Assembly (NCBI GenBank): GCA_030141605.1 | Contig: JAQGDQ010000013.1 | Location: forward strand, 1,006,447-1,070,446 | Direction of reading: 5' to 3' | DNA from: Tubiluchus corallicola | Taxonomy: Eukaryota > Animalia > Priapulida | Length of the DNA: 64,000 nt | Shown here: one piece after another, positions 61,418 to 64,000 of the stretch | Numbering within the stretch: position 1 is the first letter of the stretch | Layout of the letters: each line of letters opens with the position of its first letter | Notes under the pieces: model-generated | Databases searched by the model: none | Seen by the model: the letters and a program-made list of their open reading frames with translations, nothing else | Told to the model about the DNA's origin: nothing | Translations under genes and position numbers: made by a program

Positions 61418-62289
61418 TTAAATACTTTTCAATTTGTTACGCAACTGTACCTTGCTTTTGCTGAATGCTTTTTTTCAAAGCAAGATATATATATTACAGA
61501 TAAAAATAGCTAGTTAAAGGATTATGAATAAAAGCACAACGAGTCAAGACTACTTACATAATTACGTTTTTTAAGACAAATGATTATTAAAATTTGCATC
61601 TTTTAATTGTTTTTGAAGTGCAGCCCCATTGCCGACAAAGTCTGGGAGTTGATTCCAGTTTTTAATTAATCTGTTTGAAAAAAGTTTTTAAAATAATTGA
61701 GCCAGCATCTTAGATAAAGATGCTCTGCTAAAAATACATCTTTATTTACAGCACGATCTCTGCACAGCAAAGAGACAGCAGCTATATGTCTATGCAATAT
61801 AAAATAACACATTATCAGTTATTTAAGTTAACTAAAAGGTGAATTGCTGTTCGTCAATCAGAAAATTATTGGTAGTCCTAAAACATTAGACTTGAAGTCT
61901 TGAATAATATACTTCTAAAAGTCTTTAATGACATAAAGAAGTTTGGGATGCACATGGTTAGTATAAATGCTGAGAAAAGCAACATGCTAACTGGTGATGG
62001 TATTAAAGGTTATAAAAAGATGTGAAACAGGCAAAACAAGCATGATGGGCTAAAGATGCAGTTATATTTACAGACAGGTTAGGTGGGATGGCATCCTGAT
62101 GGTAGAAACAGCAGAGGGTGCTAGTGCTCTGATGTCTAGAAGTGGTTTCTCTGATATTCGGTGAAAGTTTTTTCCACAAGCGTATTGCTCTGGGGTAGAA
62201 ATATAAATAAATATTGACTCTTGCTGCTGGCTGACAAATTTGTTGTTATCCTTGAGAGATGGGGTGACATAAGTTGTTAAATTTATGCC

Positions 62290-63108
62290 TATCCTGTGAT
62301 GCACAATATCATGCAAAATGTTCAGCATCGTTTGTCATAATCTAATTTCTAGTGTTTGCCACTCCAGTTTGGAGATCATCTTAGATACTTCAGCGTTTCT
62401 GGTATATTGATTTCGTACAAATCGTGCTGCATTTCGCTAGACTTGCTCGATGTCAGTAATTGTGTACGGGTTCCAGGCTGCGATACTATATCCTAGTTTG
62501 GGTCTGACCAGGGCTTGATATGCTCTTTCTTTGATTTGTTGATGACATTGATGTAGTGTTCTGCAAATGACATTAAGTGTCCTAGTTGCGCGAGTGACAA
62601 TTTCCTAGCAGTGCTCACACTAAGAAGATTTGTGCTGATAGTAATGTCCAGGTATGGGTGTGAAGGAACATGCTGTAGGGTTTTGTCTCCCATGCTGTAA
62701 GGAAAATAATTGAGAAATAGTCAAGACTTTGCATTTATCAATGTTGAAGTCCATAAGCCAATTTTCACCTATACATGTAGCTGTGAGAGATCTTGTTGTA
62801 GAATATGGTGATCTTGAATACTCCATATAGGTCTGTAGAGAATCAAGTCATCACTAAATAGTCGGATAGTAGATGATACATTGTCACCGATGTCATTTAT
62901 ATATAGCCGGTCCAAGGAGGGACCTTGTGGGACTCCTGATGTAACATTTATGGATTTGGAATGAATACCATTGGCAGAGACCTTCTGCATCCGCTTAGAC
63001 GGAAAAGATTTGATCCATTGTAGCATATGGCCTCTGATATCATAGAATACGAGGTTAGCTAAGAGACGCTGGCGTGGGACCTGGTCTAAAGCTTTGCTGA
63101 AGTCCAGT
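62290..63108 (-). mobile_element. Frameshifted CR1-like LINE RT pseudogene fragment
   Basis: LDFSKALDQVP, MLQWIKSF, VTSGVPQG, RLFSDD and NWLMDFNIDKCKVL spread over several frames. Confidence 0.85.
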
Positions 63109-63771
63109 GGCTGACTAGGCTATAGCCTAGGGCGCCAAAGTTTGAGGGCTTCCAATTTTAATAAAATCTTTTTCTCCTCGAAAAATGTGTATCCGTTCAT
63201 ATTCACGTAAAACAAGCATTGTATAACACACTACATGCAGCCATATAACGACAAGTATAATGTATTACTCAACAAGCAGTTCCCAGCCTAGCTAACAGGA
63301 AGATTTTAACAATATTTGTTTTATTAGTAACACGTTTAAACGATGCTAATTTTAATAATTATTTATCTTAAAAAATCTTAAAAAACACAATTATGTAAGT
63401 AGCCTTGGCTCTTTGTGCTTTTATTCGTGATCTTTTAACTAGCCATTTTTGTCAGTAAAATTTATAACAGTACTATATTAGACATTTCGTTATTCTGTTT
63501 TCTAAATTTGTCAGTTTTTAAACGAAATATATAATTTTTTGCTGAACTTATAAAGATTTTTATTTTTAAAAATTATGGTTACGTTCTCATTTTGACTGGT
63601 TCAACGTAAGTGAAATAAATATAAAAAATTTTTAATGCGTGACACATACACGTGCCATGCAGTTTTTGAGTATGTAGGCTTATATGCTCTTGCTATATCG
63701 TCATCATACATAAAAAATTTATTTTCTTATAAAAGCAATTACCATGGGCAGCCAAATGTCTCAGCAAAAAC

Positions 63772-64000
63772 ATCGCTCATTTTGAAACCTTCATTGATTC
63801 TGAAAACTTCACTCATTCTGAAAACTTCTCTCATTTTGAAATCTTCGCCGATTTTGAAAACTTCTCTAATTTTGAAAACTTCACTCATTTTGAAAACTTC
63901 TCTCATTCTGAAAACTTCACTCATTTTGAAATCTTCACTCGTTTTCAAAACTTCACTCATTTTGAAATCTTCACTCGTTTTCAAAACTTCACTCATTTTG
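63772..64000. repeat. 18-bp tandem minisatellite running off the window
   Basis: Unit ~ttttgaaaacttcactca; gives the spurious MSEVFK-repeat ORF. Confidence 0.92.

Noticed and set aside
63739-63996. MSEVFK-repeat protein
   Set aside because: Translation of an 18-bp minisatellite; no evidence of gene structure.

Overview
AT-rich, intron-rich animal genomic DNA, probably an invertebrate (taxon cannot be fixed from the sequence). I assembled six protein-coding genes by hand from splice sites and reading-frame phases. (1) The 3' part of Rubicon (RUBCN, +). (2) A complete 9-exon gene (-) for a 327-aa type II membrane protein whose whole ectodomain is a stand-alone bacterial-type amino-acid solute-binding domain (SBP_bac_3/PBP2 fold); the ORF track mostly misses it. 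(3) A proline-rich CD225/dispanin gene (+). (4) An 11-exon TRAIP RING E3 ligase gene (-) with a U12-type intron and two 25-nt microexons. (5, 6) Intronless COX19 and TEFM ORFs (-), only 128 nt apart, a candidate dicistronic mitochondrial locus. Non-coding space holds a 5S rRNA-headed SINE with target-site duplication (TSD), a solo LTR, many MITEs (Harbinger-, Kolobok-, Tigger/mariner- and hAT-like), LINE fragments, a telomere-like repeat inside inverted arms, and mini/microsatellites, including a 44-bp array built from the Rubicon splice acceptor. Gene and repeat names come from motif recognition only; no database search was run.
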